Source: Candidatus Heimdallarchaeota archaeon B3_Heim
Lineage (GTDB): Archaea; Asgardarchaeota; Heimdallarchaeia; Hodarchaeales; Hodarchaeaceae
Assembly (NCBI GenBank): GCA_003144275.1
Contig: NJBF01000017.1
Location: forward strand, 46,357 to 78,356
Direction: 5' to 3'
DNA: 32,000 nucleotides
The notes beneath the pieces are model-generated. The model was given only the letters and a program-made list of their open reading frames with translations. It did no database searches and was not told where the DNA came from. How positions within the stretch are numbered: the first letter of the stretch is position 1; each line of letters opens with the position of its first letter. This document shows positions 8,945-17,715 of the stretch, piece by piece. Position numbers and translations under genes: made by a program.

Positions 8945-9526
8945 TCAACCAAAATATTCTGGTTCATTCCCTTCTTTCCATTTGATATTGCACCCTATAC
9001 TGGGAATTTGGACTTTTGGGGGTTCTTTACCATCTAATAATACTTCTAAAGCTTTTTTTAGATCTTCTCCGGTAACTGGTTTGTTACTCTTTGGACGACT
9101 CGCATCAAACTGACCTCGATAGTATAATTTCAGATCTCCATCAAATAAAAAGAAATCTGGGGTACAGGCGGCTTTGTAGCTCTTCGCTACTTCTTGTGAT
9201 TCATCGTAACAGTAGGGAAATTGCCATCCCTTTTCTTCAGCAAGCTCCTTCATGTGTTCTGGAGCATCCACGGGATAAGAATCAATATCATTTGCACTTA
9301 TTGCAATAAAAGATACGCCCCGTGAATTATACCCTTCATATACTGCTTTAAAATGATCTCGTATGTGAATAACGTATGGACAATGATTGCTGATAAAAAA
9401 CACTACCGTAGCATTAGTACCACGAGCTTTATCTAAAGACAAATCTTGATCATCAATAGTATTTGGCAATGTAAATTCGGGAGCCTTCGTCCCTAAAGGT
9501 AACATTTGAGATTCAACAGAAACCAT
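8945..9526 (-). CDS. Thioredoxin-fold AhpC/TSA (peroxiredoxin-like PRX_like1) protein
   Basis: LGTKAPEFTLP, NHCPYV, AISAND, YDESQEVAKSYKAACTPDFFLFD, SIGCNIKW. Confidence 0.85.
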   Translation of the reverse strand: MVSVESQMLPLGTKAPEFTLPNTIDDQDLSLDKARGTNATVVFFISNHCPYVIHIRDHFKAVYEGYNSRGVSFIAISANDIDSYPVDAPEHMKELAEEKGWQFPYCYDESQEVAKSYKAACTPDFFLFDGDLKLYYRGQFDASRPKSNKPVTGEDLKKALEVLLDGKEPPKVQIPSIGCNIKWKEGNEPEYFG

Positions 9527-9661
9527 ATTTTTCTACCAATTTCTCGCTATTAAGTCTGTAAATTAAGTATATTCTTCTGAAAAGTGTAGCCTGAATTTTC
9601 CAGTTTATCCCACAAAATATCTTAATATGAATAATTCCTATCTGCTGGGAACGAATAGCCA

Positions 9662-10195
9662 ATGGAACACAGCTGTAAATGCACTCAAAAGATAGTAGCG
9701 CTCGATGTTGAGAGTGTACTTGCTGATATCCACTCTGCTTGGATCACTCAGTACAAGAAAAAGTTTACCATAAAAGATATTACGGATTGGGATTTTATAA
9801 GTTTAAAAAGATGGAATGAGACATTAAAAACGTTTTTGGAGGAAACCGATAATCTCTGGGAAAAATTCCCTGAAAAAATTCCTCCTACTGTTCCGAATCT
9901 CAAAGAAGTTACCAGACATCTTAAACCCTTTGATATTGTTACATCTAGACGAACCCTTGGTGGAATTATCAAATGGGTTGAGTATCATCAGTTAGAGTAT
10001 AGAGCGATAGTTTATGTTCCCGATAATAAGGCAGATTTAGATTATTGCATGTACATTGATGACAATCCGAAATTGGCAACGAAATTAAAAGATAATCAAT
10101 TTTTATGGCTGATTTCACAACCGTATAATCTACAAGTTCATGAATCATCACAGATACAGAGAGTTAATTCAATTATTGAAACAGTCTCTCAATAG
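9662..10195 (+). CDS. HAD-superfamily 5'(3')-deoxyribonucleotidase (NT5C)-like protein
   Basis: IVALDVESVLAD (motif I variant DxE), DITDWD, IVTSR, YIDDNP, QPYN. Confidence 0.65.
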   Translation: MEHSCKCTQKIVALDVESVLADIHSAWITQYKKKFTIKDITDWDFISLKRWNETLKTFLEETDNLWEKFPEKIPPTVPNLKEVTRHLKPFDIVTSRRTLGGIIKWVEYHQLEYRAIVYVPDNKADLDYCMYIDDNPKLATKLKDNQFLWLISQPYNLQVHESSQIQRVNSIIETVSQ

Positions 10196-10224
10196 GTTTA
10201 AATTTTCACATCAATTCTCAATCG

Positions 10225-10995
10225 TTAGAATTTCACCTGATAGTAGATTCGTATTCGAGTTCCAACACGATTAGAGGTTACAGAGAAGTTATATTTCTGT
10301 TTATTCAGCTCTTCTTCTAAAACAGGTTTCAATTTCGGCAATGTCAACTGGAAAAATACTGGAGGAGGGGCTTGGAACTTTTTAACTTCAGATAGTAAAG
10401 CTAGGATAAATTCATGACCTTTTTCCCCACCTACAAGCTCTGAAAAATTGCCTACAAATCCTCTACTCGAAGATTTGTGTTGTTGATAGTATTTCTCATT
10501 ATATTGTGGAGGATTACATAAAATTAAATCGAATTCAGATAGTTGGGGGAGAAGACCGATAATAATTTCACTATTTGACTTCACCAGAGTAATTCTATCT
10601 TGAAGCTTATTCCTTTGAAAATTCGAACCTGCACTTTCAATAGCTTCTTCATCGATTTCGGTTGCCGTTACTGATATTCCCAAGCGGCCTAACATTAATG
10701 ATAATATTCCTGATGCCCCTGTGCCAATTTCTAGCACATTAAGGGGTTTAAATTGGAGGATATATTTCAAAAATGCCCATCGACTACATATGGTGGGAAT
10801 TAAATAACCCTCGGGTAGGTCAAATTCTAAATCCATAAATTCTTTGAGAATTAGCTTGTTGTATAGAAGCAAGGCCTTAGAATTTCCCAAATCTAGTCCT
10901 TTCTCTGTCATATACATAGCTAGATCAGGATTGATCTCTAATGCCTGTTTAACAGGAATACCACACTTCTTAGAAGGGAAAGATGATACAGTCAT
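10225..10995 (-). CDS. RlmF/METTL16-family (Methyltransf_10) RNA m6A methyltransferase
   Basis: LDLGNSKALLLYNKLIL..FDLPEGYLIPT..R, SAM motif LEIGTGASGI, ATEIDEEA, catalytic CNPPQY, ELVGGEKG. Confidence 0.7.
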   Translation of the reverse strand: MTVSSFPSKKCGIPVKQALEINPDLAMYMTEKGLDLGNSKALLLYNKLILKEFMDLEFDLPEGYLIPTICSRWAFLKYILQFKPLNVLEIGTGASGILSLMLGRLGISVTATEIDEEAIESAGSNFQRNKLQDRITLVKSNSEIIIGLLPQLSEFDLILCNPPQYNEKYYQQHKSSSRGFVGNFSELVGGEKGHEFILALLSEVKKFQAPPPVFFQLTLPKLKPVLEEELNKQKYNFSVTSNRVGTRIRIYYQVKF

Positions 10996-11109
10996 AGATG
11001 TTCCTTAAGATATGCATTTTGAACATCATACCAAAAAAGAAATGGGTTGAAGTGATAAGAGATTCTCACTTGATTATACTCGAAAAAATCTGTTGAAAGG
11101 GTTTCATCA

Positions 11110-12345
11110 ATGACAAATAAAACAAATCTCAACTGGAAAATTAATACATTAGCACTCCATGGAGGAGAAGAGGAGAAATTTGCTGATTCTCATTTAATGC
11201 CGATTTTCGCCACGTCTACGTTTTCATTTCCCAATGTGGACGTCGGAAAGGCCCGTTTCTCTGGTGAAGAAGCGGGTTACATCTATACTCGACTTGGTAA
11301 TCCTACAGTTCGTGAATCTGAGAGAAAATTAGCCCTCCTTGAGGGATTAAACCTGATGAAAAACGGAGTAAAAGTTGAAGGACACGCATTTGCAACAGGC
11401 ATGGCAGGTATTTCTACGGTACTGATGGCTTTAACTAAAACGGATGAAAATATCATTGCCACCAACCCCTTATACGGGGGAACCAATTACCTCCTTAATG
11501 GAATTCTAAAACCCTATGGAGTAACCACAACGTTTGTTGATACAGCGGGTGAAAGAGGGCCAGAACGAGTGAATGAACAGGTAAAAAATTACACGAAGGT
11601 TGTATATTTAGAAAGCCCAACCAATCCTAATCTTGCTGTAAGCGACATTGAAGCAATCTCCAAAGTGGCTAAAGAACAAGAAATTCCTGTTGTTATTGAT
11701 AATACGTTTGCTACACCTATTTTACAGCGCCCATTGGAGTTAGGAGCCAGTGTATCCCTTCATTCTACAACTAAATATCTAAATGGGCATGGTACAACTG
11801 TATCGGGTATTTTAGCCTTCGCCAATCTATCTGAGGAACAAGAGACTAGACTGAAGTTTGTAAAAAAGAATTTAGGTGCTACTCAATCTCCATTTGATAG
11901 TTTTCTTGTATTACAAGGGATGAAAACACTTCCTCTTAGAGTAGAACGACATTGTAAAAATGCCCAAATTATTGCAGAGTATTTAGAAGAGCATCCGAAA
12001 GTGGAAAATGTCTACTATCCAGGATTAAGTTCACATCCTCAGCACTCACTTGCCAAAAAACAGATGAATGGAAAGTATGGAGGTATGGTTGCCTGTGAAC
12101 TGAAGGGAGGTATTGAAGCAGGAAAAATACTACAAAATAATGTTGAAATATTTACCTTAGCAGTATCTTTGGGGTGTGTTGATTCACTAATACAACATCC
12201 TGCAAGTATGACTCACGCCTCTGTCCCCAAGGATATACGTTTGCAGGGAGGTATCACAGATGGTCTGGTTCGTATTTCAGTGGGTTTAGAAGATTCTGAA
12301 GATTTGATTGAGGATCTAGATCAAGCTCTCGCAAAAATTACTTGA
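11110..12345 (+). CDS. PLP-dependent trans-sulfuration enzyme, methionine gamma-lyase/cystathionine gamma-synthase family
   Basis: YIYTRLGNPT, LESPTNP, DNTFATP, HSTTKYLNGH (PLP lysine), AVSLGCVDSLIQHPASMTH, RISVGLED. Confidence 0.9.
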   Translation: MTNKTNLNWKINTLALHGGEEEKFADSHLMPIFATSTFSFPNVDVGKARFSGEEAGYIYTRLGNPTVRESERKLALLEGLNLMKNGVKVEGHAFATGMAGISTVLMALTKTDENIIATNPLYGGTNYLLNGILKPYGVTTTFVDTAGERGPERVNEQVKNYTKVVYLESPTNPNLAVSDIEAISKVAKEQEIPVVIDNTFATPILQRPLELGASVSLHSTTKYLNGHGTTVSGILAFANLSEEQETRLKFVKKNLGATQSPFDSFLVLQGMKTLPLRVERHCKNAQIIAEYLEEHPKVENVYYPGLSSHPQHSLAKKQMNGKYGGMVACELKGGIEAGKILQNNVEIFTLAVSLGCVDSLIQHPASMTHASVPKDIRLQGGITDGLVRISVGLEDSEDLIEDLDQALAKIT

Positions 12346-12347
12346 AT

Positions 12348-13229
12348 TTAATTAGTAATTCTCGATTTGATCGACCCTTCAATTAGATCAGCTATCATAG
12401 TTGCTCCCCGTGTATTCAAATGAAGATAATCAAGATGGAGTTTGAATCCAGCTTTTTTCGAAATTGAATCCCAACTTCTAAGAAGTAAATAGCGTTGAAT
12501 AGCAGACCATAGCGATAAACTTCTCCCTTTCTCATAAGTAAACCGAGGGGTTGCTGGATTCTTCAAAAAATAGGAAATCATTCTGTCTTGTAAGGGAAGA
12601 CATTCAATTTCATATTCTTGCGCGATTTCTTGAATTACAACGCTATATTTTCTAGTATGAAGAAAATACTTACTTTCAGGTGATTCACCAATTGTGGGAA
12701 GAGTGAGTAATACTAATTGTGCCTGAGTTTCATTTTTTAAACGGGTAATAATTTTCTTTAAGGATGATTTATACCATTCAAGATCAGGACTCTGCGGTAA
12801 TTTCATTCGTTTGATGTAGTCCTGAAGATTGAATGGTGAAAGAACAGCATTGGCATCATTTGAACCAATAAGGATTGTGATGATATCTGGTTCACACTGG
12901 ATGATTTCATCCAATCTTTCTAAAACGTTCCAGGCAAGATTTGAATCGATCCCAGCATTGATAAATTCATACTCTGAACCGAATCGTTGTCGTAAAATTC
13001 GAACATAATTGGTACTCATTCGTCCATGTGTTATACTATCACCGATACAAGCAACAACAGTATTCTTCCTTATTTTTTCGTTTTTTTGACGGTTGTATTT
13101 ATCAGGGGTATTTTCAGGTAATTTCATTATTTGATGATAGATATAATACGCGATGAGAAGTACCACCGCAAGTAAAATTAGGAAAATAGTTATAATTGTT
13201 AGTAAAGCTTCAAATAATTCACTAGACAC
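12348..13229 (-). CDS. SGNH/GDSL-family lipase/esterase with an N-terminal membrane anchor
   Basis: Blocks CIGDSITHG, NAGIDS, LIGSND and DYLHLN. N-terminal TM helix. GTG start after GGAGAAGG. Confidence 0.85.
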   Translation of the reverse strand: MSSELFEALLTIITIFLILLAVVLLIAYYIYHQIMKLPENTPDKYNRQKNEKIRKNTVVACIGDSITHGRMSTNYVRILRQRFGSEYEFINAGIDSNLAWNVLERLDEIIQCEPDIITILIGSNDANAVLSPFNLQDYIKRMKLPQSPDLEWYKSSLKKIITRLKNETQAQLVLLTLPTIGESPESKYFLHTRKYSVVIQEIAQEYEIECLPLQDRMISYFLKNPATPRFTYEKGRSLSLWSAIQRYLLLRSWDSISKKAGFKLHLDYLHLNTRGATMIADLIEGSIKSRITN

Positions 13230-13548
13230 GATTCTACCTTCTCCAATAGATATATTCAGGGTTTAGCAGTTGATGACCCTCAATTGATCTCACCATAGCA
13301 TAAATTGCTAGTTGTTAAAACTAACTTGACTTATACTAACTCGATTCAAACTTCTTTTAAACACAACTGGAATGAAATTCCGTACATTCAATTTTGAAAA
13401 AATCTAATAACCTAGGAAAACCTGAAACTGGCAAAGTGGGAGATTATACTTTTTCTAGTTCATTACAGAAATAAATTTTGTCATTGTTGGACATAGGGAA
13501 ATTCTATATAATTGGAAGTTTGATCAATTAAAAGACCGACATAAAAGG

Positions 13549-15270
13549 ATGAGAACAAATATGAGTGTCCGAGAAATGGTGCAATCTGGAAAATCAAGTC
13601 ATCTCTTCATAGCTACTCTTCCTTCTTCGTATTTCTGGATTGCGGGTACTTTTTTCTTTTTAATTAAAGGATTTCAACTAATTGAGTATGCAAAAGAACA
13701 TTCTCTTTTAACTGGTTTCTTGGGAACCACAGCAGCAGGAGATTTGCTTATTGGAATTTTTTATGCAGTTCCCCCCCTTGTAGCAATTGGTCTGGTCGGC
13801 CAATTGATCGACAATCGTCCATATTTACTCGGAAAAATCACATTCATCAGCCTCCTTGTATCATCTACTGCGCTTCTTCTATTTGTTATTGCACTAAAAA
13901 TGCTAATCGCACCAATAACTCTAATTCTAGTTACAGTATTCCTAACAGCACTTGCAAGTCTTGCTACTGCGAGTCATACATCTTTCGGAGCCATTACAAA
14001 ATGGAACTACCGGGGAAGGGGATTTGCCCTGGGAAATTTCATATTCGGTATAACAATTGTAGGACTACTTCTAATTTCTGGAATATTTAACTTGGATTTC
14101 TTCTTTTCACTTTTGATTATATCATTACTCGGTTTTTTGCTAAGTATTTTGTTCTATTACACAACTCGAAGCTGGGTTTATTGGCAAAATGACAAATGGC
14201 CCACAAAAACATCCCAAATTTTGGTGCGCCAATCAGTAAAAGCTTATTTTTTCTCACATCTTCTTATATATTTAATGCTGGGATTAACAATAGGGAGCTT
14301 GGCTCAAGAAGGTGTTAAAGCAAATTATTCAAGTTTTTTTGGCATAGAATTGGGAGCTTTTGAAACTTTTTGGGCGATAGTCATTTTAGGGACTATTATT
14401 TTTGTAATCCCTGCGGGGTTCTTGTCGGACATGATAGGTCGTAAGGATCTAACTATTATGGCAACTTATGGCATTGTCCTCGCCTCGCTAATTGCATCCC
14501 TCCATGGATTGTTAGATCCAAATTTTGACTCCTTAGTTTATGTTTTGACTGCTTTTACGATTGGGGTATCCTTTGCCTTCCTCCATCCCACTCTTGACAG
14601 CAGTTTATGGATTGATTTATCATCTAAAGACTCTATTGGTCGTTATTGTGATATTAATGTCTATTCTCTTGTAACAGGCCTAGCAGCTGGATTTGGAATT
14701 AGTTATTTTTTCCTAAGTACGCTTATTGAATATAGAAATATCATGGTTTTGATGTATATCGGATTAGCTGTGTTGGCTGTTCTCCCATTATTCTGGGTAA
14801 GCGATTCTTTTCCACCACTCGAGTTTTTTCTCTTACTGGTCATTAATGATGCAGGAATACCTATTTTTCATTACTCCTTTAGGAGAAAGAAAGAATTGCT
14901 AGTTGATTTACCATTAATAGCTGGAGCATTATCGGCAGTAGGGACCTTCATGTCGGAAGCTACTGGAGAAACAGGAGCCAAACTCAATCTAGTTAGACAC
15001 GGAACACACGTTATTCTCTCAGATCAAAGCGATGATATGGGATTGACCGCTACCATTTTCGCTAATAAAAATGATCCTGAATTACAGATTATTCTGTCAA
15101 AATTTCTACGACGGTTTCGGGAAAGATTTTCTAAGGAGTTAAGTGAGTGGAAAGGGGATATACTTCCGTTTGAGAATGCTGTTGAGGATGCTGAGGAGAT
15201 TTTTGGTCCTTTAATTACAATCGCTACCGACGACCCTATGATCAAAACCTCTCAGGGTGAAAGGGCTTAA
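13549..15270 (+). CDS. MFS-fold 12-TM transporter fused to a C-terminal longin-like domain
   Basis: About 12 hydrophobic segments with MFS motif A (AGFLSDMIGRK). The soluble tail LLVINDAGIPIF..LIAGALSAVGTFMSE..FLRRFRERFSKELSEWKGD is typical of Asgard longin-like domains. Confidence 0.75.
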   Translation: MRTNMSVREMVQSGKSSHLFIATLPSSYFWIAGTFFFLIKGFQLIEYAKEHSLLTGFLGTTAAGDLLIGIFYAVPPLVAIGLVGQLIDNRPYLLGKITFISLLVSSTALLLFVIALKMLIAPITLILVTVFLTALASLATASHTSFGAITKWNYRGRGFALGNFIFGITIVGLLLISGIFNLDFFFSLLIISLLGFLLSILFYYTTRSWVYWQNDKWPTKTSQILVRQSVKAYFFSHLLIYLMLGLTIGSLAQEGVKANYSSFFGIELGAFETFWAIVILGTIIFVIPAGFLSDMIGRKDLTIMATYGIVLASLIASLHGLLDPNFDSLVYVLTAFTIGVSFAFLHPTLDSSLWIDLSSKDSIGRYCDINVYSLVTGLAAGFGISYFFLSTLIEYRNIMVLMYIGLAVLAVLPLFWVSDSFPPLEFFLLLVINDAGIPIFHYSFRRKKELLVDLPLIAGALSAVGTFMSEATGETGAKLNLVRHGTHVILSDQSDDMGLTATIFANKNDPELQIILSKFLRRFRERFSKELSEWKGDILPFENAVEDAEEIFGPLITIATDDPMIKTSQGERA

Positions 15271-15325
15271 ATAGCATGTGTTTTTCATAGTATTTACACA
15301 TATATCCTTACATTATTTCAGTTAA

Positions 15326-15337
15326 CTTTATAAATAG
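15326..15337 (+). promoter_or_regulatory. Archaeal TATA box CTTTATAAATAG
   Basis: Identical 12-mer also at 30478-30489. Lies about 43 nt upstream of a small TTG ORF. Confidence 0.5.
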
Positions 15338-15379
15338 AAAAAACTATATTTATCTTACACCTACAACGGAGTAATACCA

Positions 15380-15505
15380 TTGGCAGTTAGTTCGCGAACA
15401 TCTCCTAAACTTGCTGAAGTTGCTTTTCCCTCCCTAATTCCCGTGATTTTAAGTTTGTATAAAGCTAAAACCGAACTTCGTGATAAAAAGAAAGATCCTC
15501 AATAG
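15380..15505 (+). CDS. Putative 41-aa small protein (below the ORF track cutoff)
   Basis: TATA box at 15326, GGAG at 15368-15371, TTG start 8 nt later. Reads MAVSSRTSPKLAEVAFPSLIPVILSLYKAKTELRDKKKDPQ*. Confidence 0.4.
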   Translation: MAVSSRTSPKLAEVAFPSLIPVILSLYKAKTELRDKKKDPQ

Positions 15506-15660
15506 CTTTGTTAGCGATGTCTGGGGGCTTTATCAAATATTTCTGTTAAAGACGGTAATCTAGTATTGGGTGTTACATACCAAATGAAAGAATTTTTTAA
15601 GTCAGCTACCTTATTTCCTCTAAAATACTCCAGAAATACAAAGGAGGATATGGATTCAAT

Positions 15661-16242
15661 ATGTCAAATAATTTGGTTGTACAAGCTTTTGCATTCGCCT
15701 ACCAGGCCCATCGTCAAACAACACGAAAAGCCACAAACATTCCATACATAACTCATCCTCTCGCAGTAACTATAAATTTACTGAGATCATCTATTCTTAC
15801 CGAGGATTTACTAGCAGCAGCTCTTCTTCATGATGTAGTAGAAGACGAAGATGTTACCTATGACCAACTTATTCATAGATTCGGGGAACGAGTTAGTTCA
15901 TTGGTCAGGGCTGTTTCTGAACCAAAGTCATTAGCTGATCAACATACCGATCGTCGAAAAACATGGAAAATACGAAAGGAGCATACCATTGACTCCCTAA
16001 TCGGGGCATCTGATGAAGTAAAAATACTAAGTTGTGCAGATAAAGTTGCTAATCTTGCAGATATGGTAAGAGATCATAAGCAATTTGGTGAGACCCTATG
16101 GTCTCGATTTAATGCACCGAAAAATGAACAAAGGTGGTATTATCATTCTCTATTAGAGGTGTACAAATCAGGAACAAATAATATTGAGAAGTCCGCTCTC
16201 TATATTGAATTTTGCTCCCTAGTGAATCAAATATTTGCTTGA
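15661..16242 (+). CDS. Stand-alone RelA/SpoT-type HD hydrolase (small alarmone hydrolase, Mesh1/HDDC3-like)
   Basis: AH.QTRK...PYITHP, AALLHDVVED, VRAVSE, ADKVANLADM, RFNA, WYY. No synthetase domain. Confidence 0.8.
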   Translation: MSNNLVVQAFAFAYQAHRQTTRKATNIPYITHPLAVTINLLRSSILTEDLLAAALLHDVVEDEDVTYDQLIHRFGERVSSLVRAVSEPKSLADQHTDRRKTWKIRKEHTIDSLIGASDEVKILSCADKVANLADMVRDHKQFGETLWSRFNAPKNEQRWYYHSLLEVYKSGTNNIEKSALYIEFCSLVNQIFA

Positions 16243-16270
16243 AAATAGAAAAAGAAAAGGGGAGGAAAAG
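16243..16270 (-). terminator. Pyrimidine/oligo-T tract downstream of rbcL (possible archaeal terminator)
   Basis: Minus strand reads CTTTTCCTCCCCTTTTCTTTTTCTATTT between the convergent rbcL and HD genes. Confidence 0.35.
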
Positions 16271-16282
16271 ATTTGAATGTTC

Positions 16283-17593
16283 TTAAATGGGCCGAATATA
16301 GCCCCATTTGCCTAATGCTTTAGCTAGTTCAGGAGCTGATTTAGCCTTATCCTCTAATGAAATATCTTCTTTCCATGCTTCAAGGGCTTGGACAGAGGCT
16401 TTTGCTCCAGCATGTGTACCATCAGGATGACCATGAATTCCGCCACCTACTTGTAAGATCATATCAGTTGTATTATAAACAGTCATAACTTCCGGTAATA
16501 CTCCTGGATGTAAGCCACCAGAAGCAACAGGTAAAGTACCTTTGATAGAGCCCCAAGATTGCTTTAACTTACGTCCCTCTGATTCAGTGATTTCCTGATC
16601 CAATAAAAGATTCTTCATATCAATTACGTCTTGCTTAGGACTGTCTAGTTTCCCGACAACCGTCCCAATATGCAAGTTATCCAAACCAATAAGTCTCATC
16701 AATTTGGCCAAAAAGTACATGCTAATTCCATGCGTATAATGCTTGGTGAATGTTGCATGCATTGCTCTATGAGCATGCATTGCCATATCAAGATCGCCAG
16801 CTACTTCACGTAAGGTTTGAACCGCTGAAAATCCCGTGGTGACAACATCGATCATGAAATATCTAAAACCATGATCATGGATAAGCTTGGTACGCTTTTC
16901 CATTTCTTTGGTTTCGGCAGTGACATTTATCAGGGCGTCCTTAATATCCCCGGTTTCTTTTTCAGCCTTATCTCGCGTTTTGGCCATTTCCTCAACCCGA
17001 GCTTGAAACTTATTAAAGGACTGGGAAGTGAGATTTTCGTCATCTTTGATTAAGTCCACTCCACCTGACCATGCATCCCATGCTACTTGACAATGTTGTT
17101 CAACAGTCATCCCAATTTTTGGTTTGGGAACACAAGCAAGTAGTGGTCCTTCTTTTCTCTTAAAAATTTTCTGAATCGCTTCAGTTCCCATGTTTGGACC
17201 TTTAAAGCTCTTCACGTAATCTAATGGGAGTGTAGCATCAACGAGTCGAAGACTTTTCACAGCTTTCATACCAAATATATTTCCAGCAATTCCTGACATT
17301 AGCTGAGGGACATTATTCATTTCCCAGAGAATTAGTGGATAGCTAATTTTAACTAGGTCGTCTGTATTCGAAAATGCTCTTCCACGCATACCAAAAATGC
17401 GGTCATCGAGAGTTTCAAGAGTAGTCCATGTCCCAATTGATGATTCAGAAGCTAATCTTCCGATCGTATCATCAACTGATACTTCATCAGCTTTATCGAA
17501 GTAGTAAAGAGCGATTATTTCGTCCTCCCCTGATTTATAATCTCTATCAATAAAATCATGATACCATTCGATTTTTTCTTTGTCTTTAGTCAC
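16283..17593 (-). CDS. rbcL: Ribulose-1,5-bisphosphate carboxylase, archaeal form III
   Basis: ASESSIGTWT, KPKIG, carbamylation motif KDDEN, HAHRAMH, loop-6 GTVVGKL, ASGGLHP, GGGIHGHP. GTG start after GGAG. No small subunit gene nearby. Confidence 0.92.
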   Translation of the reverse strand: MTKDKEKIEWYHDFIDRDYKSGEDEIIALYYFDKADEVSVDDTIGRLASESSIGTWTTLETLDDRIFGMRGRAFSNTDDLVKISYPLILWEMNNVPQLMSGIAGNIFGMKAVKSLRLVDATLPLDYVKSFKGPNMGTEAIQKIFKRKEGPLLACVPKPKIGMTVEQHCQVAWDAWSGGVDLIKDDENLTSQSFNKFQARVEEMAKTRDKAEKETGDIKDALINVTAETKEMEKRTKLIHDHGFRYFMIDVVTTGFSAVQTLREVAGDLDMAMHAHRAMHATFTKHYTHGISMYFLAKLMRLIGLDNLHIGTVVGKLDSPKQDVIDMKNLLLDQEITESEGRKLKQSWGSIKGTLPVASGGLHPGVLPEVMTVYNTTDMILQVGGGIHGHPDGTHAGAKASVQALEAWKEDISLEDKAKSAPELAKALGKWGYIRPI

Positions 17594-17715
17594 TTTTAAT
17601 TCTCCTCATAGATAAATAATTCTTTACGTGTTTTAATTCACAATTTACTAGTCACTGAAACGAGAATTGATGTGATTAATACGCATTCTGTTACATCTTT
17701 CGACATCCATAAATA

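Noticed and set aside
10153-10287. U6/METTL16-target-like words next to the METTL16-family gene: GATACAGAGA (10153-10162) and TACAGAGAA (10279-10287) on the + strand
   Set aside because: Both lie inside coding sequence, and the second is antisense to the MTase gene. The second sits in the stem rather than the loop of the only weak hairpin nearby. A given 9-mer is expected about 0.24 times per 64 kb of two-strand sequence even at uniform composition, so this is probably coincidence unless conserved in orthologs.
13230-13300. 20-codon upstream ORF (MVRSIEGHQLLNPEYIYWRR) and AGGGT..ACCCT hairpin before the SGNH gene
   Set aside because: Too short to distinguish from chance. Its 3' end simply coincides with the Shine-Dalgarno of the SGNH gene.
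15661-17593. Calvin-cycle (cbb) gene cluster suggested by RuBisCO and the CbbY-like HAD
   Set aside because: No rbcS, PRK or activase is present, the HAD gene is 11 kb away, and the enzyme has form III features.
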